From positions 206,274,001 to 206,338,000 of the forward strand of contig OZ024743.1 of assembly GCA_964016885.1 (NCBI GenBank): a stretch of DNA of 64,000 nt. Reading direction: 5' to 3'. The notes under the pieces were generated by a model. That model ran no database searches. It saw only the letters and a list, made by a program, of their open reading frames with translations, and was not told the origin of the DNA. Numbering within the stretch: position 1 is the stretch's first letter; each line of letters begins with the position of its first letter. The position numbers and the translations under genes were made by a program. Below, piece by piece: positions 1 to 12,200 of this stretch. This stretch comes from Eledone cirrhosa (Eukaryota).

Positions 1-67
1 TCCCCTTGGACGGCTAGAAATTACCTCTCCTTGTACGGCTGGAAATTATCTCCCCTTGAACGGCTGG

Positions 68-92
68 AAATTATCTCCCCTTGGACGGCTGG
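68..92 (+). repeat. Representative type A monomer AAATTATCTCCCCTTGGACGGCTGG (25 bp)
   Basis: Exact copy at 68-92, repeated at 93-117. Occurs in runs of 1 to ~12 units (long runs at ~11030-11300 and ~18915-19215). Confidence 0.97.
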
Positions 93-218
93 AAATTATC
101 TCCCCTTGGACGGCTGGAAATTACCTCTCCTTGGACGGCTGGAAATTATCTCCCCTTGGACGGCTGGAAATTATCTCCCCTTGGACACTGGAAATTATTT
201 CCCCTTGATTTTTTTTAC

Positions 219-245
219 AAATTATCTCCCCCTGATTTTTTTTAC
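219..245 (+). repeat. Representative type B monomer AAATTATCTCCCCCTGATTTTTTTTAC (27 bp; T-tract mostly 7-11)
   Basis: Exact copy at 219-245. Occurs in runs of 1 to ~9 units (e.g. ~1160-1370, ~9470-9680). Confidence 0.97.
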
Positions 246-3200
246 AAATCTCCCCCTAATTTAAAAAAAAATTATCTCCCCTTCGCTGGCTGGAAATTAT
301 CTCCCTTTGGACGGCTTGAAATTATAGCTGCTTGTAGGGCTGGAAATTATCTCCCTTGGACGGCTGGAAATTACCTTTCCTTCGACGGCTGAAAATTATC
401 TCCCCTTGGACGGCTGGAAATTATCTCCCCCTGATTTTTTTTTACAAATTATCTCCGCCTGATTTTTTTTTAAAAATTATCTCCCCTTGGCTGGATGGAA
501 ATTTTCTCCCCTTGGACGGCTGGAAATTATCTCCCCTTTATGTTTTCTACAAATTATCTACCCCTGATTTTTTTTTTACGAATTATCTCTCCCTGATTTT
601 TTTTACAAATATCTCCCCTTGGCTGGCTGGAAATTATCTCCCCTTGGCTGGCTGGAAATTATCTCCCCTTGGACGGCTGGAAATTATCTCCCCTTGGACG
701 CCTAGAAATCACCTCTACTTGGACAGCTGTAAATTATCTCCCCTTGGACGGCTGGAAATTATCTCGCCTTGGACGGCTGGAAATTATCTCCCCTTGATTT
801 TGTATACAAATTATCTCCCCCTGATTTTTTTTTACAAATTAACTGCCCCTGATTATTTTTTTACAAATTAGCTCCGCCTGATTTTTTTTTAAAATTATCT
901 CCCCTTGGACGGCTGGAAATTATCTCCCCTTGGACGGCTGGAAATTATCTCCCCTTGAACGGCTAGAAATTACCTCTCCTTGGACGGCTGAAAATTATCT
1001 CCCCTTGGACGGCTGGAAATTATCTCCCCTTGATTTTTTTACAAATTATGTCCCCCTGATTTTTTTTTACAAATTATCTCCGCCTGATTTTTTTTTTAAA
1101 TTATCTCCCCTTGGACGGCTGGAAATTATCTCGCCTTGGACGGCTGGAAATTATCTCCCCTTGATTTTTTTTTCCAAATTATCTCCCCCTGATTTTTTTT
1201 TTACAAATTATCTACCCCTGATTTTTTTTTACAAATTATCTCCCCCTGATTTTTTTTACAAATTATCTCCCCCTGATTTTTTTTTACAAATTATCTCCCC
1301 CCGATTTTTTTACAAATTATCTCCCCCTGATTTTTTTTACAAATTATCTCCGCCTGATTTTTTTTAATATTATCTTCCCTTGGCTGGCGGGAAATTATCT
1401 CCCCTTGGACGGCTGGAAATTATCTCCCCTTGCACTGCTGGAAATTATCTCCCCTTGGACGGCTGGAAATTATCTGCCCTTGATTTTTTTTTTACAAATT
1501 ATCTTCCCCTGATTTTTTTACAAATTATCTCCACCTGATTTTTTAAAAAATTATCTCCCCTTGGACGGCTGGAAATTATCTCCCCTTGGCTGGAAATTAT
1601 CTCCCCTTGGACGGCTAGAAATTATCTCTCTTTGGACGGCTGGAAATTATCTCCCCTTGATTTTTTTTACAAATTATCTCCCCCTGATTTTTTTTTACAA
1701 ATTATCTCCCCCTGATTTTTTTTTACAACTTATCTCCGCCTGATTATTTTTTTAAAATTATCTCCCCTTGGACGGCTGGAAATTATCTCCCCTTGGACGG
1801 CTGGAAATTATCTCCCATTGATTTTTTTTACAAATTATCTCCCCTTGGCTGGCTGGAAATTATCTCCCCCTGATATTTTTTTACAAATTAGCTCCCCCTG
1901 ATTTTTTTTTACAAATTATCTCCCCCTGATTTTTTTCACAAATTATCTCCCCCTAATTTTTTTTACAAATGACCTCCCCTGATTTAAAAAAAAAAATTAT
2001 CTCCCCTTGGACGGCTAGAAATTATCTCCCCTTGGACGGCTAGAAATTACCTCTTCTTGGACGGCTGAAAATTATCTCCCCTTGAACGGCTGGAAATTAT
2101 CTCCCCTTGGACGGCTGAAAATTATCTCCCCTTGGACGGCTGGAAATTATCTCCCCTTGGACGGCTAGAAATTACCTCTCCTTGGACGGCTGGAAATTAT
2201 CTCCCCTTGGACGGCTGGAAATTATCTCCCCTTGGACGGCTGGAAATTATTTCCCCTTGATTTTTTTTACAAATTATCTCCCCCTGATTTTTTTTACAAA
2301 TCTCCCCCTAATTTAAAAAAAAATTATGTCCCCTTCGCTGGCTGGAAATTATCTCTCTTTGGACGGCTTGAAATTATAGCTGCTTGTAGGGCTGGAAATT
2401 ATCTCCCCTTGGACGGCTGGAAATTATCTCCCCTTGATTTTTTTACTAATTATCTCCACCTGATTTTTTTTTACAAATTATCTCCGCCTGATTTTTTTAA
2501 AAAAATTATCTCCCCTTGGCTGGATGGAAATTTTCTCCCCTTGGACGGCTGGAAATTATCTCCCCTTTATGTTTTCTACAAATTATCTACACCTGATTTT
2601 TTTTTTACAAATTATCTATCCCTGATTTTTTTTACAAATATCTCCCCTTGGCTGGCTGAAAATTATCTCCCCTTGGCTGGCTGGAAATTATCTCCCCTTG
2701 GACGGCTGGAAATTATCTCCCCTTGGACGCCTAGAAATTACCTCTACTTGGACAGCTGTAAATTATCTCCCCTTGGACGGCTGGAAATTATCTCGCCTTG
2801 GACGGCTGGAAATTATCTCCCCTTGATTTTGTGTACAAATTATCTCCCCCTGATTTTTTTTACAAATTATCTGCCCCTGATTATTTTTTTTACAAATTAG
2901 CTCCGCCTGATTTTTTTTAAAAATTATCTCCCCTTGGACGGCTGGAAATTATCTCCCGTTGGACGGCTGGAAATTATCTCCCCTTGGACGGCTGGAAATT
3001 ATCTCCCCTTGATTTTTTTACAAATTATCTCCCCCTGATTTTTTTTTTACAAATTATCTCCGCCTGATTTTTTTTTTAAATTATCTCCCCTTGGACGGCT
3101 GGAAATTATCTCCCCTTGATTTTTTTTTCCAAATTATCTCCCCCTGATTTTTTTTTACAAATTATCTACCCCTGATTTTTTTTTACAAATTATCTACCCC

Positions 3201-6200
3201 TGATTTTTTTTACAAATTATCTCCACCTGATTTTTTTTTTACAAATTATCTCCCCCCGATTTTTTTACAAATTATCTCACCCTGATTTTTTTTACAAATT
3301 ATCTCCGCCTGATTTTTTAAAGTATTATCTTCCCTTGGCTGGCGGGAAATTATCTCCCCTTGGACGGCTGGAAATTATCTCCCCTTGGAAGGATGGAAAT
3401 TATCTCCCCTTGGACGGCTGGAAATTATCTCCCCTTGCACTGCTGGAAATTATCTCCCCTTGGACGGCTGGAAATTATCTGCCCTTGATTTTGTTTTTAC
3501 AAATTATCTTCCCCTGATTTTTTTTACAAATTATCTCCACCTGATTTTTTCAAAAATTATCTTCCCTTGGACGGCCGGAAATTATCTCCCCTTGGCTGGC
3601 TGGAAATTATCTCCCCCTGATATTTTTTTACAAATTAGCTCCCCCTGATTTTTTTCACAAATTATCTCCCCCTGATTTTTTTTACAAATTATCTCCTCTG
3701 ATTTAAAAAAATAAAATTATCTCCCCTTGGACGGCTGGAAATTATCTCCCCTTGGACGGCTGGAAATTATCGCCCCCTGATTTGTTTTAACAAATTATCT
3801 CCACCTGATTTTTTTTTACAAATTATCTCCGCCTGATTTTTTTAAAATTATCTCTCCTTGGCTGGATGGAAATCATCTCCCCCTGATTTTTTTTACAAAT
3901 TATCTCCCCTTGCACGGCTGGAAATTATCTCCCCTTGGACGGCTGGAAATTATCTCCCGTTGGCTGCAAATTATCTCCCCTTGGACGGCTAGAAATTACC
4001 TCTCTTTGGACGGCTGGAAATTATCTCCCCTTGATTTTTTTTACAAATTATCTCCCCCTGATTTTTTTTACAAATCTCCCAGTGATTTTTTTTAAAAAAT
4101 TATCTCCCCTTCGCTGGCTGGAAATTATCTCCCCTTGGACGCTGGAAATTATAGCTCCTTGGAGGGCTGGAAATTATCTTCCCTTGGACGGCTGGAAATT
4201 ATCTCCCCTTGATTTTTTTTACATATTATCTCCCCCTGATTTTTTTTTACAAATTATCTCCCCGATTTTTTTCTACAAATTATCTCCCCCTGATTTTTTT
4301 TTTACAAATTATCTCCGCCTGATTTTTAAAAAAAAATTATCTCCCCTTGGACGGCTGGAAATTATCTCCCCTTGGACCGCTGGAAATTATCTCCCCTAGG
4401 ACGGCTAGAAATTACCTCTCCTTGGACGGCTGAAAATTATCTCCCCTTGGACGGCTGGAAATTATCTCCCCTTGATTTTTTTACAAATTATCTCCCTCTG
4501 ATTTTTTTTTACAAATTATCTCCCCCTGATTTTTTTTTACAAATTATCTCCCCCTGATTTTTTTTTACAAATTATCTCCCCCTGATTTTTTTACAAATTA
4601 TCTCCCCTTGGCTGGCTGGCAATTATCTCCCCTTGGAGGCTGGAATTTATCTCCCCTTGGACGGCTGGAAATTATCTCCCCTTGGACGGCTAGAAATTAC
4701 CTCTCCTTGTACGGCTGGAAATTATCTCCCCTTGAACGGCTGGAAATTATCTCCCCTTGGACGGCTGGAAATTATCTCCCCTTGGACGGCTGGAAATTAC
4801 CTCTCCTTGGACGGCTGGAAATTATCTCCCCTTGGACGGCTGGAAATTATCTCCCCCTGATTTTTTTTTACAAATTATCTCCGCCTGATTTTTTTTAAAA
4901 AATTATCTCCCCTTGGCTGGATGGAAATTTTCTCCCCTTGGACGGCTGGAAATTATCTCCCCTTTATGTTTTCTACAAATTATCTACCCCTGATTTTTTT
5001 TTTACAAATTATCTCTCCCTGATTTTTTTTACAAATATCTCCCCTTGGCTGGCTGGAAATTATCTCCCCTTGGCTGGCTGGAAATTATCTCCCCTTGGAC
5101 GGCTGGAAATTATCTCCCCTTGGACGCCTAGAAATCACCTCTACTTGGACAGCTGTAAATTATCTCCCCTTGGACGGCTGGAAATTATCTCGCCTTGGAC
5201 GGCTGGAAATTATCTCCCCTTGATTTTGTATACAAATTATCTCCCCCTGATTTTTTTTACAAATTATCTGCCCCTGATTATTTTTTTACAAATTAGCTCC
5301 GCCTGATTTTTTTTTAAAATTATCTCCCCTTGGACGGCTGGAAATTATCTCCCCTTGGACGGCTGGAAATTATCTCCCCTTGAACGGCTAGAAATTACCT
5401 CTCCTTGGACGGCTGAAAATTATCTCCCCTTGGACGGCTGGAAATTATCTCCCCTTGATTTTTTTACAAATTATCTCCCCCTGATTTTTTTTTACAAATT
5501 ATCTCCGCCTGATTTTTTTTTAAAATTATCTCCCCTTGGACGGCTGGAAATTATCTCCCCTTGGACGGCTGGAAATTATCTCCCCTTGATTTTTTTTTCC
5601 AAATTATCTCCCCCTGATTTTTTTTTTACAAATTATCTACCCCTGATTTTTTTTTACAAATTATCTCCCCCTGATTTTTTTTACAAATTATCTCCCCCTG
5701 ATTTTTTTTTACAAATTATCTCCCCCCGATTTTTTTACAAATTATCTCCCCCTGATTTTTTTTACAAATTATCTCCGCCTGATTTTTTTTAATATTATCT
5801 TCCCTTGGCTGGCGGGAAATTATCTCCCCTTGGACGGCTGGAAATTATCTCCCCTTGGAAGGATGGAAATTATCTCCCCTTGGACGGCTGGAAATTATCT
5901 CCCCTTGCACTGCTGGAAATTATCTCCCCTTGGACGGCAGGAAATTATCTGCCCTTGATTTTGTTTTTACAAATTATCTTCCCCTGATTTTTTTACAAAT
6001 TATCTCCACCTGATTTTTTAAAAAATTATCTCCCCTTGGACGGCTGGAAATTATCTCCCCTTGGCTGGAAATTATCTCCCCTTGGACGGCTAGAAATTAT
6101 CTCTCTTTGGACGGCTGGAAATTATCTCCCCTTGATTTTTTTTACAAATTATCTCCCCCTGATTTTTTTTACAAATCTCCCAGTGATTTTTTTAAAAAAA

Positions 6201-9200
6201 TTATCTCCCCTTCGCTGGCTGGAAATTATCTCCCCTTGGACGGCTGGAAATTACCTCTCCTTGGACGGCTGAAAATTATCTCCCCTTGGACGGCTGGAAA
6301 TTATCTCCCCCTGATTTTTTTTTACAAATTATCTCCGCCTGATTTTTTTTTTTAAATTATCTCCACTTGGCTGGATGGAAATTTTCTCCCCTTGGACGGC
6401 TGGAAATTATCTCCCCTTTATGTTTTCTACAAATTATCTACCCCTGATTTTTTTTTTACAAATTATCTCTCCCTGATTTTTTTTACAAATATCTCCCCTT
6501 GGCTGGCTGGAAATTATCTCCCCTTGGCTGGCTGGAAATTATCTCCCCTTGGACGGCTGGAAATTATCTCCCCTTGGACGCCTAGAAATCACCTCTACTT
6601 GGACAGCTGTAAATTATCTCCCCTTGGACGGCTGGAAATTATCTCCCCTTGATTTTGTATACAAATTATCTCCCCCTGATTTTTTTTTACAAATTATCTG
6701 CCCCTGATTATTTTTTTACAAATTAGCTCCGCCTGATTTTTTTTAAAAATTATCTCCCCTTGGACGGCTGGAAATTATCTCCCCTTGGACGGCTGGAAAT
6801 TATCTCCCCTTGAACGGCTAGAAATTACCTCTCCTTGGACGGCTGAAAATTATCTCCCCTTGGACGGCTGGAAATTATCTCCCCTTGATTTTTTTACAAA
6901 TTATCTCCCCCTGATTTTTTTTTACAAATTATCTCCGCCTGATTTTTTTTTTAAATTATCTCCCCTTGGACGGCTGGAAATTATCTCCCCTTGGACGGCT
7001 GGAAATTATCTCCCCTTGATTTTTTTTTCCAAATTATCTCCCCCTGATTTTTTTTTACAAATTATCTACCCCTGATTTTTTTTTACAAATTATCTCCCCC
7101 TGATTTTTTTTACAAATTATCTCCCCCCGATTTTTTTACAAATTATCTCCCCCTGATTTTTTTTACAAATTATCTCCGCCTGATTTTTTTAAATATTATC
7201 TTCCCTTGGCTGGCGGGAAATTATCTGCCCTTGGACGGCTGGAAATTATCTCTCCTTGGACGGCTGGAAATTATCTGCCCTTGGACGGCTGGAAATTATC
7301 TCCCCTTGGACGGCTGGAAATTATTTCCCCTTGATTTTTTTTACAAATTATCTCCCCCTGATTTTTTTTTACAAATCTCCCCCTAATTTTAAAAAAAATT
7401 ATCTCCCCTTCGCTGGCTGGAAATTATCTTCCTTTGGACGGTTGGAAATTATAGCCGCTTGTAGGGCTGGAAATTATCTCCCCTTGGACGGCTGGGAATT
7501 ATCTTCCCTTGATTTTTTTACTAATTATCTCACCCTGATTTTTTTTTACAAATTATCTCCGCCTCATTTTTTAAAAAAAATTATCTCCCCTTGGCTGGAT
7601 GGAAATTATCTCCCCTTGGACGGCTGGAAATTATCTCCCATTGATTTCTTCTACAAATTATCTACCCCTGATTTTTTTTTTACAAATTATCTCTCCCTGA
7701 TTTTTTTTTACAAATATCTCCCCTTGGCTGGCTGGAAATTATCTCCCGTTGGCTGGCTCGAAATTATCTCCCCTTGGACGGCTGGAAATTATCTCCCATT
7801 GATTTTTTTTACAAATTATCTCCCCTTGGCTGGCTGGAAATTATCTCCCCTTGGCTGGCTGGAAATTATCTCCCCCTGATATTTTTTTACAAATTAGCTC
7901 CCCCTGATTTTTTTTTATAAATTATCTCCCCCTGATTTTTTTTTTTACAAATTATCTCCGCCTGATTTTTTTAAAATTATCTCCCCTTGGCTGGATGGAA
8001 ATTATCTCCCCTTGGACGGCTGGAAATTATCTCCCCTTGGAAGGATGGAAATTATCTCCCCTTGGACGGCTGGAAATTATCTCCCCTTGCACGACTGGAA
8101 ATTATCTCCCCTTGGACGGCTAGAAATTACCTCTCCTTGGACGGCTTAAAATTATCTCCCCTTGGACGGCTGGAAATTATCTCCCCCTGATTTTTTTTAC
8201 AAATTATCTCCCCTTGCACGGCTGGAAATTATCTCCCCTTGGACGGCTGGAAATTATCTGCCCTTGATTTTGTTTTTACAAATTATCTCCCCCTGATTTT
8301 TTTTACAAATTATCTCCACCTGATATTTTAAAAAATTATCTCCCCTTGGACGGCTGGAAATTATCTCCCCTTGGCTGGAAATTATCTCCCCTTGGACGAT
8401 TAGAAATTATCTCTCTTTGGACGGCTGGAAATTATCTCCCCTTGATTTTTTTTACAAATTATCTCCCCCTGATTTTTTTTACAAATCTCCAAGTGATTTT
8501 TAAAAAAAAATTATCTCCCCTTCGCTGGCTGGAAATTACCTCCCCTTGGACGCTGGAAATTATAGCCCCTTGGAGGGCTGGAAATTATCTTCCCTTGGAC
8601 GGCTGGAAATTATCTCCCCTTGATTTTTTTTACATATTATCACCCCTGATTTTTTTTTACAAATTATCTCCCCCTGATTTTTTTTACAAATTATCTCCCC
8701 CTGATTTTTTTACAAATTATCTCCCCTTGGCTGGGTGGAAATTATCTCCCCTTGGAGGCTGGAATTTATCTCCCCTTGGACGGCTGGAAATTATCTCCCC
8801 TTGGACGGCTAGAAATTATCTCCCCTTGAACGGCTGGAAATTATCTCCCCTTGGACGGCTGGAAATTATCTCCCCTTGGAAGGATGGAAATTATCTCCCC
8901 TTGGACGGCTGGAAATTATCTCCCCTTGCACGGCTGGAAATTATCTTCCCTTGGACGGCTAGAAATTACCTCTCCTTGGACGGCTGAAAATTATCTCCCC
9001 TTGGACGGCTGGAAATTATCTCCCCCTGATTTTTTTTACAAATTATCTCCCCTTGCACGGCTGGAAATTATCTCGCCTTGGACGGCTGGAAATTATCTCC
9101 CCTTGATTTTGTATACAAATTATCTCCCCCTGATTTTTTTTTACAAATTATCTGCCCCTGATTATTTTTTTACAAATTAGCTCCGCCTGATTTTTTTTTA

Positions 9201-9242
9201 AAATTATCTCCCCTTGGACGGCTGGAAATTATCTCCCCTTGG

Positions 9243-12200
9243 ACGGCTGGAAATTATCTCCCCTTGAACGGCTAGAAATTACCTCTCCTTGGACGGCTGA
9301 AAATTATCTCCCCTTGGACGGCTGGAAATTATCTCCCCTTGATTTTTTTACAAATTATCTCCCCCTGATTTTTTTTTTACAAATTATCTCCGCCTGATTT
9401 TTTTTAAAAATTATCTCCCCTTGGACGGCTGGAAATTATCTCCCCTTGGACGGCTGGAAATTATCTCCCCTTGATTTTTTTTTCCAAATTATCTCCCCCT
9501 GATTTTTTTTTTACAAATTATCTACCTCTGATTTTTTTTTCAAATTATCTCCCCCTGATTTTTTTTACAAATTATCTCCCCCTGATTTTTTTTTACAAAT
9601 TATCTCCCCCCGATTTTTTTACAAATTATCTCCCCCTGATTTTTTTTACAAATTATCTCCGCCTGATTTTTTTAAATATTATCTTCCCTTGGCTGGCGGG
9701 AAATTATCTCCCCTTGGACGGCTGGAAATTATCTCCCCTTGGAAGGATGGAAATTATCTCCCCTTGGACGGCTGGAAATTATCTCCCCTTGCACTGATGG
9801 AAATTATCTCCCCTTGGACGGCTGGAAATTATCTGCCCTTGATTTTGTTTTTACAAATTATCTTCCCCTGATTTTTTTACAAATTATCTCCACCTGATTT
9901 TTTAAAAAATTATCTCCCCTTGGACGGCTGGAAATTATCTCCCCTTGGCTGGAAATTATCTCCCCTTGGACGGCTAGAAATTATCTCTCTTTGGACGGCT
10001 GGAAATTATCTCCCCTTGGACGCTGGAAATTATAGCCCCTTGGAGGGCTGGAAGTTATCTTCCCTTGGAGGGCTGGAAATTATCTTCCCTTGGACGGCTA
10101 GAAATTACCTCTCCTTGGACGGCTGAAAATTATCTCCCCTTGGACGGCTGGAAATTATCTCCCCTTGATTTTTTTTACAAATTATCTCCCCCTGATTATT
10201 TTTTACAAATTATCTCCCCCTGATTTTTTTTTTACAAATTATCTCCCCTTGGACGGCTGGAAATTATCTCCCCTTGGACGGCTGGAAATTATCTCCCCTT
10301 GGACGGCTAGAAATTACCTCTCCTTGGACGGCTGAAAATTATCTCTCCTTGGACGGCTGGAAATTATCTCCCCTTTATGTCTTCTACAAATTATCTACCC
10401 CTGATTTTTTTTTACAAATTATCTCTGCCTGATTTTTTTTACAAATATCTCCCCTTGATTGGCTGGAAATTATCTCCCCTTGGCTGGCTGGAAATTATCT
10501 CCCCTTGGACGGCTGGAAATTATCTCCCCTTGGACGCCTAGAAATTACCTCTCCTTGGACAGCTGTAAATTATCTCCCCTTGGACGGCTGGAAATTATCT
10601 CGCCTTGGACGGCTGGAAATTATCTCCCCTTGATTTTGTATACAAATTATCTCCCCCTGATTTTTTTTTACAAATTATCTGCCCCTGATTATTTTTTTAC
10701 AAATTAGCTCCGCCTGATTTTTTTTAAAAATTATCTCCCCTTGGACGGCTGGAAATTATCTCCCCTTGGACGGCTGGAAATTATCTCCCCTTGAACGGCT
10801 AGAAATTACCTCTCCTTGGACGGCTGAAAATTATCTCTCCTTGGACGGCTGGAAATTATCTCCCCTTGATTTTTTTACAAATTATCTCCCCCTGATTTTT
10901 TTTTACAAATTATCTACCCCTGATTTTTTTTTCCAAATTATCTCCCCCTGATTTTTTTTTTACAAATTATCTCCCCCTGATTTTTTTTTACAAATTATCT
11001 CCCCCTGATTTTTTTACAAATTATCTCCCCTTGGCTGGCTGGAAATTATCTCCCCTTGGAGGCTGGAATTTATCTCCCCTTGGACGGCTGGAAATTATCT
11101 CCCCTTGGACGGCTAGAAATTACCTCTCCTTGGACGGCTGGAAATTATCTCCCCTTGAACGGCTGGAAATTATCTCCCCTTGGACGGCTGGAAATTATCT
11201 CCCCTTGGACGGCTGGAAATTACCTCTCCTTGGACGGCTGGAAATTATCTCCCCTTGGACGGCTGGAAATTATCTCCCCTTGGACGGCTGGAAATTATTT
11301 CCCCTTGATTTTTTTTACAAATTATCTCCCCCTGATTTTTTTTACAAATATCCCCCTAATTTAAAAAAAAATTATCTCCCCTTCGCTGGCTGGAAATTAT
11401 CTCCCTTTGGACGGCTGGAAATTATAGCTGCTTGTAGGGCTGGAAATTATCTCCCCTTGGACGGCTGGAAATTATCTCCCCTTCATTTTTTTTACTAATT
11501 ATCTCCCCCTGATTTTTTTTTACAAATTATCTCCGCCTGATTTTTTTAAAAAAATTATCTCCCGTTGTCTGGATGGAAATTTTCTCCCCTTGGACGGCTG
11601 GAAATTATCTCCCCTTTATGTCTTCTACAAATTATCTACCCCTGCTTTTTTTTTTACAAATTATCTCTCCCTGATTTTTTTTACAAATATCTCCCCTTGG
11701 CTGGCTGGAAATTATCTCCCCTTGGACGGCAGGAAATTATCTCCCCTTGGACGCCTAGAAATTACCTCTCCTTGGACAGCTGTAAATTATCTCCCCTTGG
11801 ACGGCTGGAAATTATCTCGCCTTGGACGGCTGGAAATTATCTCCCCTTGATTTTGTATACAAATTATCTCCCCCTGATTTTTTTTACAAATTATCTGCCC
11901 CTGATTATTTATTTTACAAATTAGCTCCGCCTGATTTTTTTTTAAAATTATCTCCCCTTGGACGGCTGGAAATTATCTCCCCTTGGACGGCTGGAAATTA
12001 TCTCCCCTTGGACGGCTGGAAATTATCTCCCCTTGATTTTTTTACAAATTATCTCCCCCTGATTTTTTTTTTACAAATTATCTCCCCCTGATTTTTTTTA
12101 CAAATTATCTCCCCCTGTTTTTTTTTACAAATTATTTCACCCTGATTTTTTTACAAATTATCTCCCCCTGATTTTTTTTACAAATTATCTCCGCCTGATT

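Noticed and set aside
219-245. Rho-independent or Pol III terminators at the T-tracts
   Set aside because: There is no GC-rich hairpin or identifiable transcription unit upstream; the tracts are just part of monomer B.
321-330. TATA-box promoters at TATAG/TATAAA variants
   Set aside because: They are point variants of the satellite core with no downstream gene.
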